From Octopus bimaculoides (Eukaryota): a DNA stretch of 42,955 bases. The stretch covers positions 94,384,780-94,427,734 of the forward strand of contig NC_068984.1 of the NCBI RefSeq assembly GCF_001194135.2, given 5' to 3'. This document shows positions 11,600 through 24,585 of this stretch, piece after piece; position 1 is the first letter of the stretch, and the number at the start of each line of letters is the position of its first letter. Position numbers and translations under genes: made by a program. The notes beneath the pieces are model-generated. The model did no database searches and was not told the DNA's origin. It worked only from the letters and a program-made list of their open reading frames with translations.

Positions 11600-14100
11600 A
11601 AAAACTCTCTTTCCAAGCATCCCTGTCATCTCAACATCTCCCCAGCCAAATTCTCGGCCCTTTAATCTCTCCGATGCTGCACTGACATCATTATAAAACC
11701 AGCCGACAAGGGTGGAGCCGTGGTGGTATGGTGTGCGGACCTCTACAAGGTCGAAGCTCTCCGCCAACTTCAAGACACCTCCTTCTACTGCCCTCTGCCC
11801 TATGACCCAATGCCCACCTACCAACAGACTGTGTCCTCCACTATCCATGACCTCATCTCCTCCCCCGTCTGCCCCCACCGCCTCCAACCTCATTGTCTGC
11901 ACCCCCACCATTTACTTCCTCCCCAAAATCCACAAACCTAACAACTCTGGCCGCCTCACTGAGCTTATCTCCAAATATCTTGACTGTATCCTTGCCCCCC
12001 CTAGTGGCTTCTCTCTCTTCTCAGATCCATGACATCAACCACGTGCTTCGTTTGTTCAACTCTTTCTCCTTCCCTCCTGGCCCCTCTAAACTTCTCTTCA
12101 CTATCGACATCCAGAGCCTTTACACAGTGATCCCTCACCACGAGGGGCTGTGTGCACTCAAACATTTCCTTGGCCTCCGACCCAACCTCCAGCCTGACAC
12201 CTCTACACTCGTTCATCTGGCCGAACTTGTCCTCTCACTTAATTGCTTCTTGTTCGCGGGCAATTTCTACCAGCAGCTCTCAAGAGTGGCCATGGGAATG
12301 AGAATGGGCCCCAACTATGCGAACCTATTCATTTGGCTATGTTGAGGCCCAAATATTCTCAAGTTTCACTGGTTCCACTCCCAAATTATATGGCCGTTAT
12401 ATTGATGACTGTATCGGTGCAACCTCACTCTCCCGCGAACATCTAGACTCCTTTCTCTCTTTTGTCAAATCGTTCCATCCTGCCCTCCACTTCTCCTGCA
12501 CTATCTCTGACACCTCTGTCTCCTTTCTTGACATTTCGGTCAGCATTAATCACTCCACTCTTACCACCTCCATCCACTACAAACACACAGACTCACACTC
12601 ATACCTCAACTTCTCCTCCTCCCACCCTAAACACACCAAGCTTTCCATCCCCTATTCCCAATTCCTCCATCTACGCAGGCTCTGTAGTGACGACCATGAC
12701 TTTGAGACTCAGTCTCAACTCATGGCTCACCATTTCATCCTAGTTGGATATCCCCCTCACCACTATCCACACTGCCCTTGCCAGAGCATGTCCCCGAACC
12801 CGCCCTGCCATCTCCCACCTCCCTTTTCCCCTCACCTACCACCCCACCATCCTACCTCTCCAATGCACCATTCTCTGAGCTTTCCAGCGTCTCCAGTCCA
12901 ACCCCTCCATTTCACACATCTTCCCTAACCGACCCCTCCCCTCCTTCAAACAAGCCCACAACCTATGAGACCTCTTAGTCCACAGCTTCTTCCCCAATCC
13001 AACCCAACCTCCCAACCTGCCTCGTTTCCCTGCTCTCACCCACAATGCCGCACTTGCCCATACCTTTCCAACACCACCCTCCTCACAGGCATCCATCATT
13101 GACCCTATCACATCACTGACTCCTTGACCTGCACTTCTACCAATATCATCTATTGCATCTCCTGTTCTCTCTGCCATTCTCTGTACATCAGACAAACGGG
13201 ACACCGCTTGGCTAACCAGTTCGTGGAACACCTTAGAGACATCCGCCTCGGCAATGACACCCCAGTCACCGGTCACTCTTTGCAACACCTGTCCGTGTTC
13301 GGATTGTCCTTGCACAAGGGCCATCTGGACTCCCGTTTGCACCATGAACAGGGATTAATCTTCTGTCTTCGCTCCTTTGCACCACATGGGCTCAACTCTC
13401 CTCCTTTTGCCTCTCTCCCCCTCCCTCCTACTTCCTCCCACCTATCTCTCCTCTCTTGCTCCAACTCCTACTTCTCTTCACACCTACCCCTACTCTCTTT
13501 CGCTCTTCTCTCATACTCACCTTCCCCTTCCTCGTCAGCCCTCCCTCATGAGCCCACTCCACCCCTACACATTCCTACCCCACCTTCCTCATCCCATCCC
13601 TTACACCCTCTCCTACATACCCTACCTCTAACCCCACCCACTGCCTACCCACATACCCCCACCCCCACCCGTGCATTCCCCACCTCCCAACATCACGCAC
13701 ACACCAGCACTGACCAATCCCCATCCCCACATCTTCACACCTACATATACACACACGCACACGTCAAGATCACCATCCCTCTTTCACACGCACATACATA
13801 CTCGCTCACACACGCGTGCACCTTCGTTTTGGGATCACTATTACTTTGTTATCTTCCCTTCTTCTTAGCTCTCCTGTATGACCCTTCTGTTCGGCATTCG
13901 CCATGATAGATCGCTAACCACTACACACATTTCTTTTCTCTGCTTGTTTCTCTCTTTGTTTCTTTCTGTGTTCCTTTCTGTTGAACAGCATAGGCTCGAA
14001 ACGTTAAAGACTTTTCCAATTCCCAAACGTTATACTAATATATCTGTGTGTTTTCTACACCACCTGTCTTTGTCCTTTGTTTTTCTTGTGAATTCTCCCT
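11600..14100 (+). mobile_element. Penelope-like retroelement (Neptune-type), 5'-truncated, RT plus GIY-YIG
   Basis: Motifs IIKPADKGGAVVVW, YFLPKIHKP, LFTIDIQSLYT, GMRMGPNYANLF, YGRYIDD, FLDI and SSSHPKH; a Cys linker PCSHPQCRTC; endonuclease NIIYCISCSLCHSLYIRQT. It is frameshifted and has a pyrimidine-rich 3' region. Confidence 0.88.
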
Positions 14101-15383
14101 ATATATATATATATATACATATATGAGTTCTTTCTTGTTTGCAAAAACAGTCCTTATTCTATATCCTCGTACTTCGTCTTCTTTGTTGTTTATGCTTTGT
14201 GATGTCCTGTGCCCACATATGCATAAGTACATACGTATACACATGTAAGTATTTATGTATACATATGTATATATGCAAATATATATATATATATANNNNN
14301 NNNNNNNNNNNNNNNNNNNNNNNNNNNNNNNNNNNNNNNNNNNNNNNNNNNNNNNNNNNNNNNNNNNNNNNNNNNNNNNNNNNNNNNNNNNNNNNTATAT
14401 ATATATACATATATATAAATAGATATATATATATATATACATATATATAAATATATAGTTTTAGGGAAAAAAAAAACAAGGTTCATGAACTCATTGATGA
14501 AAATCCACTGTCACATATAGAAAAATTAAAAATTTTAAGCACAATAAATAAGTATAATATAATACAAAGTAAATATCATAAGATAAAGATAATAAAATGA
14601 CTACACGTGTTTCATAACCAATTTTCAAATAGAAAGAAAATTTAAATCGATTAAAATATCGAAAATTAATTCTATTAAAAAATATAGCTAATCTTCAGGT
14701 CAAAATACAACAATAATAATAATAAATGAACGTATATATCAACCAACAATAAATAACAAATGAATGCATATATAAAGATAGAAAAATATTATTAAAAATA
14801 TCAAAATAATAAACATTCCATAATCAACCCTACGTCCATTATAATATAAGCTAACAGGTATATTATATACAAAAACGAACTTAACAAATTTTTTCGTTTA
14901 AAATACAATTTGAACAAAGTTTAAAATAATAAAGATAGTATTAGCACATATTTAAACAGTGCAATAGTTTAAGTTAGACTATTTATGACTAAAACGTTTA
15001 TTTAAAACAAGTCTAGTGAAAATATTCCATAAAGAATAGGAATAGAAATAAAAATATGAATGGAAACATTATTATGAATGAAAGATTAAACTTTATATAA
15101 CTTAAATCATAATATAAAAAAACATTAACGATATTGTATAAACAAAGAAATTAAAATAAAAAGACTAGGTATTTATCGCATAAAACAGTATTAATCGAAA
15201 ATATTTCAACCGTAATCAAATCGAAGTCTTATTTTAGGATAAAATGGTACTCTTACTTCTAAATAATTTAGTGTTAAATAAGGTATCGATTAAAATTATC
15301 ATTAAAAGTCAATTGAATAATATAAAAATACAAGAATACTTATTTTTTTCAAACAATGATATAAAGTCATTTAACAAAGTAAA

Positions 15384-15704
15384 AGCTATACTCATCCAAA
15401 TGTTGTCATAGTTCAAACTGAAACTTAGACGTTAAACTCAGAACTAGAGCGTTTATTAGAAAGAGGTCGCGCAAAAATACTACGTTAAGATAGAGAATAG
15501 AATATGAAAACATGAATGAAAGAATAATTCTTAAAATAATGAATGAAAGGTTTAAACTTTATATAACTTACAACATAAAAAACCCCAGCTATCTTATAAA
15601 ACATATTAATGAATTTTAAATTCTAATGAATAATAAATTTTAAATAATAATAAGACTAAGAAACATAAATTAAATAATATGTATGAATTTGGATGAGTAT
15701 AGCT
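15384..15704. repeat. MITE-like segment bounded by a perfect 18-bp inverted repeat
   Basis: AGCTATACTCATCCAAAT (15384-15401) and ATTTGGATGAGTATAGCT (15687-15704). No clear TSD. Confidence 0.45.
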
Positions 15705-16313
15705 GTGTGAAGCCTTTTTAAATGTTTATAGAAATCCACATTTTCCACTTTTTCGTAAAAAATTTTACATCAATGGAATTTTCTCGATGTCAACTTTCCA
15801 GTGCAGTAATTAGATTTTTAAAATTCCGTTTACTTTGTGTGATTTAAGGGAGAATTAGCTGTTGTTTCTAGCAACTTTTATATTTCTTCCCTTCTACCTG
15901 TAACGGCGTTCATATACACATATATCACGCATTCTCTATTCCTTTCTCCCCCTTTTCCTCTCTCAAGCACATACATGTGCAAGTACACACAATCATTCAC
16001 TAAGATATAACTCATGTTTGTCAATGTGGCATAACTACAGAGTTGCACCCCGCGACTTTGGAAGGTCATAACTTTCAGAAAAATGCATATCTTTTAATGA
16101 AATTTTCTATGCATATATTAATTATGCAGATTCGGAATATACAAAAATTTTCAGTGAAAGTATTTTGGGAGGGGTGGTGTTTCGGAGCAAGTCGTCTATA
16201 TTTGTTTCATTTTTCTCTATTATGTGCGTATGTGCATCCATACATTTCTACTTTACACTGTCTGACTGAAACATCACAATTTTCACTTTCATTTTATTCT
16301 CTAGCCGAGATCG

Positions 16314-16427
16314 CACTAAAATTTATTTTGTTACCACTTTGGAAATTATAACACTAAAATTTATTCTGTTGCCACTTCGGAAATTATCACACTAAAATTA
16401 AATTTATTCTGTTGCCACTTTGGGAGG
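16314..16427 (+). repeat. About three copies of a ~37-bp tandem unit inside Merlin
   Basis: ACTAAAATTTATTCTGTTGCCACTTCGGAAATTATCAC-like units. Confidence 0.75.
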
Positions 16428-16443
16428 TTTCAAGATGAATATC

Positions 16444-17319
16444 ATGCAATGTCCTCCGTTTCGCTTATTGGATTTGCTTGAAATCAGCCGTGACCAGGAC
16501 CATCTAATTGAATGGCTGAAAACATATGGACTTTTAGCAGAAGCTCATGTCTGTGACTGTGGCCACAATTGTTCGTTTGTGAAATTTTCGTGACTTCAAG
16601 ATGGGTATAGTTGGAAGTGCACTGCTTGACAGTGGCGAAAACGCTTTTCCATTAGAAAAGGATCGTTTTTCCAAAATAGTAATTTATCTTTAAGAACAAT
16701 ACTGCTCTTTCTGTATTGGTGGTCCATTGATGAACCCTTGCAGAAAATTATGCATGAGCTAAAAATTGCGAATTGGTCCACTGTAGTGGATTGGGCCAAT
16801 TTCTGCCGAGATATTCTGGCACAACACCTAATTGATAATCCATTAATGATTGGCGGCCCTGATGTCGTGGTTGCCATTGATGAGTCTAAATTTATGCACC
16901 GAAAGTATCGGCGGGGTGCGCACTATGACGGCACTTGGGTGTTGGGTGGGATTCAATTGGACAATCCCACCAATTGCTTCTTATCTATATGCTCGGATAA
17001 TAGCCGGTCCATGGATTCCTTGGAATCCATTATCCGGCAACATGTCCGTCCAGGGAGCATCATTTTCACAGATGAATGGGCACGTTATCGTAATTTGCAG
17101 CAGCAAGGGTTCCTGCATTTAACGGTAAACCACTCAGTTTCATTTGTTGATGAAGCCACAGGTGTACACACAAATCATGTAGATGGAATGTGGGCGCATG
17201 CTAAGTGCAAATATCGGCAACTTTATGATACTTCAACCGAGTTGTTTTCCACGTATTTAATAGAATTCATGTGGCGGAAGAGGTACTCCACTAGACAATT
17301 TGAGCAATACACATTTTAA
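16444..17319 (+). pseudogene. Merlin DDE transposase, full length, two in-frame TGA stops
   Basis: MQCPPFRLLDL...CDCGH...[26 protein letters not shown]...[10 protein letters not shown]...WVLGGI...[11 protein letters not shown]...HLTVNHS...[12 protein letters not shown] 16444 is in frame with the 16738 ORF. Confidence 0.92.
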
Positions 17320-18869
17320 ATACATATATACATAACATATTTTCTTTTAAACAAAACATTCTTAACTAATACAAGATTTCACATAAGATCAATGAAGAAC
17401 ACAAACACGTACTGAAACAGTGATTAAACTTATGTTATTCTGTTGAGATTAATCCACCTTTAAAGTGAAAAAAACAAAACCGACGTATACGACAGGTATG
17501 TAAAATATATTTGTGTACTTTTTTCTCTGTTTATTCTTAATCTTCGTATTTTTGCAAGATTGAAAATAAAGTTTCGGAAAGCTAACATTTCAAAATTCTT
17601 GCGGAAGGGACAGAGTGCCTGCACCGAGTCAGCCCTTTATAGTCTCTATGTTTAACCATGCGTGTATATTCCTATTTTTGCTTCTGTTCACTTCTACTTC
17701 TCTACTAGAAATGTTTACTTTGGAATTTACTTCTATTGAGAAAAAAAAATCGTGTGCATGGTATTTTTAACGTAAGTTTTCTTATGACGGCTTCTGTTCA
17801 CTGCCTATTACTTCATTAGAAATCTACGGATGCACATAATAGAGAAAAATGAAACAAATATGGACAACTTGCTCCGAAACACCACCGAGTGGGGAACACT
17901 TCTCAAAAATAACCTGCAGTTGTTTACTTCAAAATTGGAATTTCCGAAAATTGTCCCCCACCCCCTCCCAAAACACTTTCACCGAAAATTTTTGTATATT
18001 TGGAATCTACATAATAAATAATATATGCATAGAAAATTTCATTAAANNNNNNNNNNNNNNNNNNNNNNNNNNNNNNNNNNNNNNNNNNNNNNNNNNNNNN
18101 NNNNNNNNNNNNNNNNNNNNNNNNNNNNNNNNNNNNNNNNNNNNNNNNNNNNNNNNNNNNNNNNNNNNNNNNNNNNNNNNNNNNNNNNNNNNNNNNNNNN
18201 NNNNNNNNNNNNNNNNNNNNNNNNNNNNNNNNNNNNNNNNNNNNNNNNNNNNNNNNNNNNNNNNNNNNNNNNNNNNNNNNNNNNNNNNNNNNNNNNNNNN
18301 NNNNNNNNNNNNNNNNNNNNNNNNNNNNNNNNNNNNNNNNNNNNNNNNNNNNNNNNNNNNNNNNNNNNNNNNNNNNNNNNNNNNNNNNNNNNNNNNNNNN
18401 NNNNNNNNNNNNNNNNNNNNNNNNNNNNNNNNNNNNNNNNNNNNNNNNNNNNNNNNNNNNNNNNNNNNNNNNNNNNNNNNNNNNNNNNNNNNNNNNNNNN
18501 NNNNNNNNNNNNNNNNNNNNNNNNNNNNNNNNNNNNNNNNNNNNNNNNNNNNNNNNNNNNNNNNNNNNNNNNNNNNNNNNNNNNNNNNNNNNNNNNNNNN
18601 NNNNNNNNNNNNNNNNNNNNNNNNNNNNNNNNNNNNNNNNNNNNNNNNNNNNNNNNNNNNNNNNNNNNNNNNNNNNNNNNNNNNNNNNNNNNNNNNNNNN
18701 NNNNNNNNNNNNNNNNNNNNNNNNNNNNNNNNNNNNNNNNNNNNNNNNNNNNNNNNNNNNNNNNNNNNNNNNNNNNNNNNNNNNNNNNNNNNNNNNNNNN
18801 NNNNNNNNNNNNNNNNNNNNNNNNNNNNNNNNNNNNNNNNNNNNNNNNNNNNNNNNNNNNNNTTTCTAT

Positions 18870-19091
18870 AGACAATTAGACGGATGAAATTTACATACGC
18901 TTAATAATGTTGTGCAAAATAGCCTTTAGACTTTCCCTATTAATTTCATCGTCTTTTGAATTATGAACATATTTACATCATAAGGGTTTTTTCGTTGTAA
19001 GGCTTTCTTTTTTAGTTGATTTGCACCTAGCAAGACTTATCGTAGATGGCGTAATAAGTCACACCTGGACAACGTCGGGTTATACTGCTAG
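18870..19091 (+). mobile_element. Helitron 3' end
   Basis: Hairpin ACCTGGACAACGTCGGGT followed by TATACTGCTAG|T. It is the same family as 41951-42174. Confidence 0.75.
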
Positions 19092-19271
19092 TATAAATAT
19101 ATAAAGAAGGAACAGTATAAACAAATACACACCCTCACACACAAATATACATATATATACTCACATGTATATACATATATACACACAACATACACACACA
19201 AATATATACAGAAACACACATATATATATACATATATAAATGTATAAGTAAACATATATACATACACACAA

Positions 19272-21990
19272 ATAGGGGGAATATTGTGAGTTTGATAGGT
19301 TTAGAGTATACTCAATGCACGCAAAACTCTTATATCCTTCGAAAACAAACTCTGGTGCCGAGCTAACCAACATAGTAATAACTCTAACAACTTATTTGAT
19401 ACAACCATGGGATCTTATGATTCCGCTCAGGCCACTGATTTAGTTGGATTATATATACTTCACCAACTGAGCTCACATTTCCCTAATATCCGCGGAGGTC
19501 TATATAGGGACGATGCCTTATTACTTACCAAGGCTATTAATAAATCTTATCTGGAAAGGACTAAAAAGGATCTACACAAATTCTTCTCTAATCTGAATCT
19601 ATCCATCACATTTGAAAACGCATATAAAATGGCTAACTTTCTAGACGTTACTCTAAACCTATCAAACTCACAATATTCCCCCTATCATAAACCTAACCAA
19701 TACCTAAAATACCTCAATGTTCACTCTAATCACCACAGATTTACTTTCGATAACATAGTCATGGGTATTTCAACCCGCATATCTGATCTATCCTCTTCCG
19801 AAGAAATCTTTAACAATCACGCTCCATACTACAATCAAGCTCTCGCCGCTAGTTGTTTCTCCCAACAAATAAAATACATCCATAACACCAGACTTAAACA
19901 ATTTATATCCCAAAGACATACCATTAATCACAACCGCAACCAACCACCCACATTTTCCAACAGACCCCACAAACACACTTATAACACTAGGGCTAAATCT
20001 AAGATATATAAAGCAATTAGCAACACCAAAAGTGTGGACAGCTGTTCTCCACCTAAATACTTAGATTACAACGTACACAGAACCCCCCAAGAAAGCGGTG
20101 GCCGCGCTATACTTTGGTACACCCCCACCCATTTTCACTTAACACTAGGAACTTAGCTAAATCTTTCTTCAAAATACTTGACTCTAACTTCCCCTGACAA
20201 CATAAATACCATTCTATATTCAACAGATCCACTTTGAAATTGTTGTATTCAACCACTCCTAACTTCGAATCTATTATAGCAACTTCTAATAAACATAAAC
20301 TTTCACTCTATTACCAAAACTCACACAACCATAACTATGCTAATACTAGCACTCAGCGCATGCATATACCCAACATAGACATTCATATACGTGCATCTAA
20401 CACTGACACTCGTACACTTGAACACGACCACAGTAGATCCCAGCCCACTAATATACTCGATAATAATAATACCATATCCTATAATAATAACAATGGAGGG
20501 ATTAATAACTATAACAATAATTCCATTGATCTAGATTCTTCTACATCCTCACTTAACATATCCTCCAACAATAATGCCTCATCCACCACAGAGACCAACC
20601 CTCAAGTCTCATCTACTTGTAACTGTCACTCCGGGACAATCTGCCCGCTACAAACACATTGCATAAGATATAACGTAATATATAAATGCACTGTAACGAA
20701 TCTGCTACATAACTCTACAGCTGCATACATAGGTTCAACTAAAAACTTCAAGCAACACTACGTAGCCCATTTGCACTCTTTTTGATATGACAAACACAGT
20801 AAATCTACAACACTAGCCAACCACATTCACCACCTCAAAAACATAAATAACCAGTATAATTTTAAATGGTCCATCCTGGATTCTGGAATTCCATACCAGG
20901 GCCAGTGCTCTAATTGCAAGCTTTGCTTAAAGGAGGCGTTCCATATTTTAAAATACAATTCTCCCACTCAATCGATATAACGAAGCACTTAGCACCTGCA
21001 ATCACCGTTTTTTCCATACATTTAAATTCTATCACAGACACAAATGCACAAATGACCACACAACTCCCTATAGGCAACCTATTCGACCTAGCAAACTGAT
21101 CCCCCTTCTACCATCTTTAGAATAGATTTACTTCATTTTAGATCCTATCACTACTAAATAATTTTTCCTAATTTACTTCCTTGCCACTAGCACCACCACC
21201 ACTTGCAAGCTCCCTATTGATAACCACAATCAACTCTAGGTAGCATCTGATCCCCCTTCTACCATCTTGAAATTAGGTTTAGCTCTATTTTTAGAACATA
21301 GAGCTACTAATTCTATTCTCTTCTATTTTCCTTTAATACTGTTTTTAGAATGTCACCTACACCCTCACCACTTATAGCCTGACAATATACACATATAAAT
21401 ACCTCTCCACATTACCTCCTCACATTCCTTCTTCCTTACTAAACTTATGCCTCCACCCCCTCATTCTTTCTTTACTTCCTATACTTATTGTCTCCGTCTT
21501 GTCGTCTTGTCGGAATAACTGACCATACAACTGCTCACTACTATTCCTCACTTGAATTACTTCTTTCTCCCCTTTCCTTCCTGTCTTAAGGCTTGATCTC
21601 TTTACCCTACACACATCTCTCACTTGATTTGGGCTATCCTTTGAGTAAACAACGCACAGTATACTCCAGACACGATATGACATATATCCACCTTTGCTAC
21701 TACAATTATCTCCGGAAAATACCCACAAGGATTATTTACATGGATGTTTACTACTGCATTGAAGCTACACTGTTTCTTCTTTCTTTTTTCAGCGCATCAC
21801 TCACTTCCTACTACAACTCTCCTCTTATAGATGTAATAATCCATTCCTCTACTATTACTGTCTCCAATGAAGGGATACATTGGATTTTCCCTGAAACAGC
21901 TGTAAGACTTTATCCATAAAATATATTTCTAACTTTGCCATTGTTCTCCTTATCCTTTTCTCTCTTTATACATACACACGCTAATACATG
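19272..21990 (+). mobile_element. Penelope-like retroelement (Naiad-like), 5'-truncated, RT plus GIY-YIG
   Basis: LNARKTLISF...FDTTMGSYDSAQATDLVGLYIL...GGLYRDDAL...NFLDVTL...YHKPN...HSNH, then CNCHSGTICPLQTHC..NVIYKC...YIGSTKNFKQHYVAHLHSF*YDKHSKSTTLANHI...KWSIL...CKLCLKE. The clade call is from remembered motifs. Confidence 0.85.
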
Positions 21991-22109
21991 ACCTATGTTA
22001 TAATCCCCACTCTTGTTTATACAATGAAAGGGGCAAAACTAGCCGGTATACAGCACTTACTCGGTATTACCTGTATCTTTGGGTTTGGTTGAATTCAATA
22101 CCCTTCTTA

Positions 22110-22142
<33 letters not shown>

Positions 22143-22144
<2 letters not shown>

Positions 22145-22298
22145 GATGGGCTTCTTTCAGTTTCCGTGTACCAAATCCACTCACAAGACTTTAGTTGGCC
22201 CGAGGCTATAGTAGAAGACATTTGTGCAAGGTGCCACGCAGTGGGACAAAACCCGGAACCATGTGGTTCATAACCAAGCTACTTACCACACAGCCACT
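22143..22298 (-). mobile_element. SINE head and core copy
   Basis: Homologous to 33083-33244. Confidence 0.85.
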
Positions 22299-22751
22299 AT
22301 TCATATGCACCTTTAGACACCAATAGTTTACAAAACTGTTAAGAAGAAATATACTTTCCTTGAAACGCTATGGCGTAAAGACACTAATTAGAAATTTCAT
22401 CAACCAATGGGCATTAGTTGACCAATATGGATCGATATTAATTTCTTTTTAGGGACAATGGGAAAGAAGAGTGCATATACAAATATGTGTGTGTGTATAT
22501 GCATACGTGTGTGTGCATATGTATTTATGCATGTATGTGTATGTATATAGGTGTATGCATGGATATGTATGTACCTGCGAATGTAAGTATATGTATGGGC
22601 ATTTGCACCTATCTCTGTATATATGAGGGCGTACGTATATACACATATATATATATGTATATGTATATATATATATGTATGCATATATATGTGTGTGTGT
22701 GTGTGTGTGAAAAAGATCTTGGTAATAGTGAAGATGATTAAATGAATTACT

Positions 22752-24400
22752 TCAAATCATTAATTGATGATCCATACAGGATACAGTTCTTTTGGAAGTG
22801 ATTCCTCCATCTTGTGGTATACCAAAGTGATATCCATTTTCTCCATTAGCAAAAAGCAAGGGATATTGTAAAGCATCATATGAACGATGAGTTTCATTTA
22901 TGAACATGATGCTATTATCACCAGACTTCAAAACAATATCTCCTTTACCATGTTGTACTCCAACCATAATAATAGCTACTTTATTACACCCAGGAACATT
23001 GAATCAATGGACATGTTCTCTGGCTGGTCTTTTGTCGGCTTTGATGACAACTTGAAAGTCTGCAGCTGAAGTATATTCTAAAGCATACTGAAAGCTTCTC
23101 ACATAAGAATTCTTTTTGTAAAGCATTTCTTGCAGTTTAAAAATAAGTTCTAATCTTGTACCCAGACATTTCTTGTTGTGACACTGTGCTTCATTTTGAA
23201 TGTCACCTATAAAATATATTTGTAAAAACTGTGGATCCTTATTCTGTAAAGGCTTGAGAGAGCCAATTTTGTGATAAATCTATCCTTACACTTTAAAAGT
23301 CAGCATAAACCCACTTTCCCTAATAACTTTTGCCCCAAATGATGTCATTTGAAAAGCATAATTGTATGCTCAAATATTTTTAAGAAAGTGTTTTGATTCT
23401 GAAGTGGTACCCAAAAGAAGATGTTTTCTAAGTTCTGGAGGTCCAATTATTGGTACATGGACTTTACCTTTAGAACAACACAAACCTAATGATTCCTTGT
23501 CCCACTTCCTAGCACTACACTTTTCACACGTTTTGCACATAGAGCCCAGAGAGACAACTTTTTCAGATGCATAATTACGGTAAGGATCATAATTAAATGC
23601 TACACCTTGCCATTGGAATCGTCTATACTTTTCCTGCTGATTTTCTTTGGAAAGCTTTCTCCTTATTAGTCATATTTTTGGTTGCTTTCACTCTCTTGTT
23701 TTCGATTTATTCTACCTTTTTCTCTCCTTTCTTACAATCATATTTGTCTTTTTTATTTCTATAATTTTCCTTCTTTCTCTGCAATCTTATTTCCCTATCT
23801 TTATCACCTTCTAGTTCTCTTGTCCTCCTATTATATTCCCTCATTTTTTTGCAACCTAACTTTCTGATGGTTTTTAGTTTCTTCAGCAGTGTTTGAATTC
23901 TCATTCTTTTGTCTTTTTTACTGTCTTGTGATATTTCATTCCCTTCTACATTTCTTTCATGGCCATGATTGTTTAGGGGAAAGAGAGCATTGTAGTGGCT
24001 ATTGTCAATTTCGCCATTATATAACACTGACATCTTCCTTTCTGTAAATGTTTGAGTGCAAATAGTGAACAGAAGAATAATTTCATTGTCATTTTTGTGA
24101 TTCACCTGAATTGCAATATACTACAATTCACTAATGGTAGCTAATTCAACATTACCATCATATGTTCCATCCCTACTCATGTAAGCTAGATATTCCTGCA
24201 TTGTACTATTAGGAATAAAAGAATGAAAATGCTTCCAATTACTGCATATGTATCAAATGGACTCTTCCCGAAGAGTTCGGTAATTTCTGTTGTTTTTGAG
24301 CAAGAGTGACACAGCTCTGAATGTACAGTTGCCATCACCCATGACTTTATTAACAGGGTGACTTAATAAATTAAAGTAATTGTTGAATATTTTTCAATAA
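22752..24400 (-). mobile_element. Helitron 5' coding relic with N-terminal OTU protease domain
   Basis: VMGDGNCTFRAVS...EYLAYMSRDGTYDGNVEL...HYNAL (OTU), then GVAFNYDP...CKTCEKCSARKWDKESLGLCCSKGKV...FLKNI*AYNYAFQMTSFGA...IYHKIGSL, then HRSYDALQYPLLFANGENGY. Confidence 0.88.
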
Positions 24401-24585
24401 ATTCAGTAAAGGACACTTTCAGTTTAAGCTTCATCTGGTTTTGAGAACAGAACGTGACGGAAAATTACGACACCAAAAGGGATGAGATACTAAGTGATAG
24501 CAATTTTCCCTTCAGCAGTTTGTCTTTCTAACTTTGCTATAGATGCATGAGTGATTATAATTTTGTAAGTAAGAAAAACGAAATT

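Larger units (their letters stand above)
16085..18045 (+). mobile_element. Merlin (IS1016/ISXO2-like) DNA transposon with long TIRs; right end lost in N gap
   Basis: About 16090-16250 is the reverse complement of about 17818-18045, apart from a ~75-bp deletion in the left copy. The transposase lies between them. Confidence 0.85.

Noticed and set aside
4651-18875. Long ORFs in the track made of X or IYIY/VCVC runs
   Set aside because: These are artefacts of N gaps and dinucleotide microsatellites, as are similar ORFs at 34173-34642 and 38004-39017 outside the Gypsy portion.
20783-20785. In-frame TGA in the Naiad-like PLE as selenocysteine
   Set aside because: It falls where Arg is expected (SF-R-xxK), so CGA-to-TGA decay is simpler. 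No SECIS was identified, and the element also has frameshifts.
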